Assembly (NCBI GenBank): GCA_013239625.1
Contig: MU056050.1
Coordinates: 30,337-94,336 of the forward strand
Direction: 5' to 3'
Length of the DNA stretch: 64,000 bases
Source: Lama guanicoe
Lineage: Eukaryota
Position numbers and translations under genes: made by a program. How positions within the stretch are numbered: position 1 is the stretch's first letter; every line of letters starts with the position of its first letter. A model generated the notes under the pieces. It did not search any database. It saw nothing but the letters and a program-made list of their open reading frames with translations, and was not told the origin of the DNA. This document shows, in pieces, positions 60,816-64,000 of the stretch.

Positions 60816-63800
60816 GGAGAGAAGCAAGATGGTGGAGTAGAAGGACGCTTGTAGCTTACCCTCTCCCACAAATACACCAAAACTCACATCTACGGACCCA
60901 CTCAGCCAACCAGAGCACCTGCTGAACTCTGACAGAACATTGCCCTCTTCAAAAGACAAAGACGCCAAAACTCTGGTAGGAGAAAAGGAAAAAAGAAAGA
61001 AGGAAAAGCAAAACAGTGCGGGACGGGTCCTGCGGGGAGGGAGCGGCAAAGGAGGACTGGCGCTCATTCGCTGGGTTCCCCCCCTCCAACCGAGAGGCCA
61101 GCAGGACAGAGGAGGAGCCTCAGAGGCGCGGATCTGTACAGAGCAGCCCTTGACTGACAGAACTAAGTTAAACGGGCACAGAGGGTCCCCGCAACACCCA
61201 GCCCAAGATGCAAGCCGGCAGCCAGGGGCCGGGACAGGCTGCCCGAGCCGGGCGGAGGACTGGGGCGGCTGCACTGAGGCAGCCCCGTGGGACTGCAGGG
61301 GGCTGCGCACCATGGCTGGGAGGGGATACAGAGCAGAACAACCTCGGTCCCCCATAAATTGCAAAAAAACAAAGCAACACAGCTGGGGTGCTCTGGGGGG
61401 AGGGGCACCTTAGCCTTTGTCTCCTCAGACCCGCGGCACCATTACTGGTGCTTCTCATGAGAAGAGAGGTGGGGCGCAGTCACAGCTGCCATCTCTTCCT
61501 GTGCACAGCACCCGGGAAGGGGCAGGGCCAAGCCCTGAATCCACACCCGGGGGCTCTGCAACCTCCTAGGCAGGACTGAGAATTGTTTACAGCCTGAGGC
61601 AGATAGGATCTTCTGTCCTGGCACCTCAGAGAACTCAAACCGCCAAGACAAACAAGGAGCTGAGATTTGGCACAGAGCAGGGACAGGGCTGTTCCGCGGT
61701 GTTCCCTGAGCCCGCGTACAGAGCGCTGACCCAAGGCGGAGTGGGCAGCTGCACAGAGCAGCGGAGTGACTGGGAGAGGGCGGATGGCAACCCACCTTCC
61801 TGGCAGGAACACAGCACCTAGCCACAGTGCTGGGAGGGGGCACAATCCACCCACCTGCACACCCAAGTGCAGCATCTGACTGTAGCATTGGGAAGGGCAG
61901 TGATCTGCCCGCCCACTGGTGCCAGAGAGACATGAGCAATATGAAGCAGAGGAACCACTCCCAATGAAAAGATCAAGAGAAATCCTCTGAAAGCATGATC
62001 AAGGAAATAGACATTGATGGCCTACTAGATTAAGATTTCAAAAAAGGAGTGATCAAAGTACGGAAGGAACTAAAAGAAATAGTGTTTAGAGATATAAAAT
62101 ATGTCCAAAATGGGGGGGTGGGGTGGGAAGGTGCTGGGATTTCAAAATGTAGAATAGATAAACAAGATTGTACTGTGTAGCACAGGGAAATATATACAGG
62201 ATCTTGCGGTGGCTCACAGTGAAAGAGAATGTGACAATGAATGTATGTATGTTCATGTATAACTGAAAAATTGTGCTCTACACTGGAATTTGACACAACA
62301 TTGTAAAATGACTATAACTCAATAAAAAATGTTTATATACATAAAAATGTGTCAAAAATGAAATAGAAGCTATAAAGAAGAACCAAGTAGAATTAGTAAA
62401 CTCATTTGCTGAGATGAGAGCTGACCTAAAGGCTGTATAAAGCAGGCTGTATAAAGCAGGCTAGATAATGCAGAGGAACAAATAAGTGACCTAGAAGACA
62501 GGACAACAGAAAGCACCCAATCAGAACAGCTGAGAGAAAAACAAATAAAAAACAATGAAAACAAGATAAGGGACCTATGGGATAATATAAAGTGTGCCAA
62601 TCTATGCGTAATAGGGGTTCCAGAAGGGGAAGAAAGAACAAAGGGGATTGAAAAGGTATTTGAAGAAATCATGAGTGAAAACTTCCCAAACCTAAAGAAG
62701 GAATCAGATATCCAAGTACAGGAGGTTCAGAGGGTCCCAAAAAGGAAGAACCCAAACAAACCCACACCAAGACATATCATAATCAAGATGGCCAGAGTCA
62801 AGGATAAAGAAATGATCCTAAAGGCAGCAAGAGAAAAACAAAGAGTGAGTTACAAGGGAACCCCCATAAGGATCTCAGCTGATTTCTCTACACAAACACT
62901 ACAGGCCAGAAGGGAGTGGCAAGATGTATTCAAAGTCCTGAATGAAAAAAAGATGCAGCCTAGGATACTCTATCCAGCAAGATACTCTATCTCTCCTTTA
63001 GAATAGAAGGAGAGATAAACAAGCCACAGACAAGCAAAAACCAAAAGAGTTTAGCAACACTAAACCCATGCTAAAAGAAATATTCACAGGTCTACTCTAA
63101 GTAGAAAAGAAGCAGGATGCTACAAAAATGAGAAACTCATAACTGGAAAGGTGATAACTACCATGAATTACAAATAATAGAATAAACATAAAATTGTAAA
63201 AGAAGACATCTAAATCATTAAGAGTGGGAGAGGGGAGCAAGGAAAGCCACTGTGGAAAACAGTATGGAGATTCCTCAAAAGACTAGGAATAGACTTACCA
63301 GGTGACCCAGGAATCCCGCTCCTGGGCACATATCCAGAAGGAACCCTACTTCAAAATGACACCTGCACCCCAATGTTCATAGCAGCACTATTTACAATAG
63401 CCAAGACATGGAAACAGCCTAAATGTCCATCAGCAGATGACTGGATAAAGAAGTGGTGGTATATTTATACAATGGAATACTATTCAGCCACTAAAACCAA
63501 CAACATAATGCCATTTGCAGCAACATGGATGTTCCTGGAGAATGTCATTCTAAGTGAAGTAAGCCAGAAAGAGAAAGAAAAATACCATATGAGATCACTC
63601 ATATGTGGAATGTCAAAAAAAAAAAAGAACATAAATACAAAACAGAAACAGACTCACAGACATAGAATACAAACTTGTGGTTGCCAAGGGGGCAGGGGTG
63701 GGAAGGGACAGACTGGGATTTTAAAATGTAGAATAGATAAGGAGAGAAAAAGAAGGAGAGATAAAGAATTTGACACAACGTTGTAAAATGACTATTACTC

Positions 63801-63824
63801 AATAAAAAAAATGTTAAAAAAAAA
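60816..63824 (+). mobile_element. 5'-complete but ORF2-deleted L1 (5'UTR, broken ORF1, ORF2 tail, 3'UTR, polyA) in a TMEM255A intron
   Basis: caagatgg YY1-type start, CpG-rich 5'UTR, ORF1 61932-63100 (ENFPNLKKE...PRHIIIKMARVKDKE), jump at about 63246 to the ORF2 C-terminus (MFIAALFTIAKTWKQPKCP); TSD aaagaatcctg at 60805-60815 and 63825-63835. Confidence 0.9.
62112..62340 (+). mobile_element. Short L1 3'UTR insertion nested in ORF1 of the host L1
   Basis: ggggtgggaagg...gaatagataaacaag...tgactataactcaataaaaaatg; imperfect flanks ataaaatatgtccaaaatg / ataaaaatgtgtcaaaaatg. Confidence 0.8.
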
Positions 63825-64000
63825 AAAGAATCCTGTTTCTCCAAGCTCAGCACTCACAATATCCTCAGGGCCAGCTGACCAAGTCCTACTCATATCTGAT
63901 CACAAGAAATGTTTCCCAAGCTTCCTAACTGGACAGCTACCCAGGAAGGGCATGACTTTGAGGGGTTAGAACAAAACCCTACAAATCTCTCTCCTCTTCC

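Noticed and set aside
60645..61939. ORFs of 130-239 aa
   Set aside because: They lie in the GC-rich L1 5'UTR

Overview
Mammalian (eutherian) genomic DNA. It is very probably camelid X chromosome: it carries Vic-1-like tRNA-derived SINEs, I saw no CHR-type SINEs, and the gene order RHOXF - NKAP-like pseudogene - ZBTB33 - TMEM255A matches the human Xq24 order as I recall it. Firmly supported genes: the terminal coding exon of a RHOXF/ESX1-class homeobox gene (3223-3615, +), the complete single-exon ZBTB33/Kaiso CDS (49780-51798, +) with its CpG-island promoter, and the last coding exon plus 3'UTR of TMEM255A (57247-57405, -), tail-to-tail with ZBTB33. Not annotated by the ORF track but readable by hand: a spliced RHOXF2-like pseudogene (30832-31909) whose last exon was deleted, a probable third RHOX relic with NRF1/CTCF-like motifs (about 21.6-21.85 kb), and a 3'-truncated duplicate of NKAP (-, 33.4-40.6 kb). 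The NKAP copy is the most unusual object. Exon 1 is frameshifted, exon 2 is split by an ancient MLT1 LTR and exon 5 is frameshifted, yet exons 3-4 are essentially pristine with intact splice sites, the CpG-island promoter survives, and an ATG-initiated 198-aa spliced ORF can be assembled. Also notable is a TSD-flanked, 5'-complete L1 that lacks nearly all of ORF2. The rest is typical L1/LTR/MIR/SINE repeat. Repeat family names and homologue comparisons are from memory, not database searches; I found no wholly new multi-gene system.
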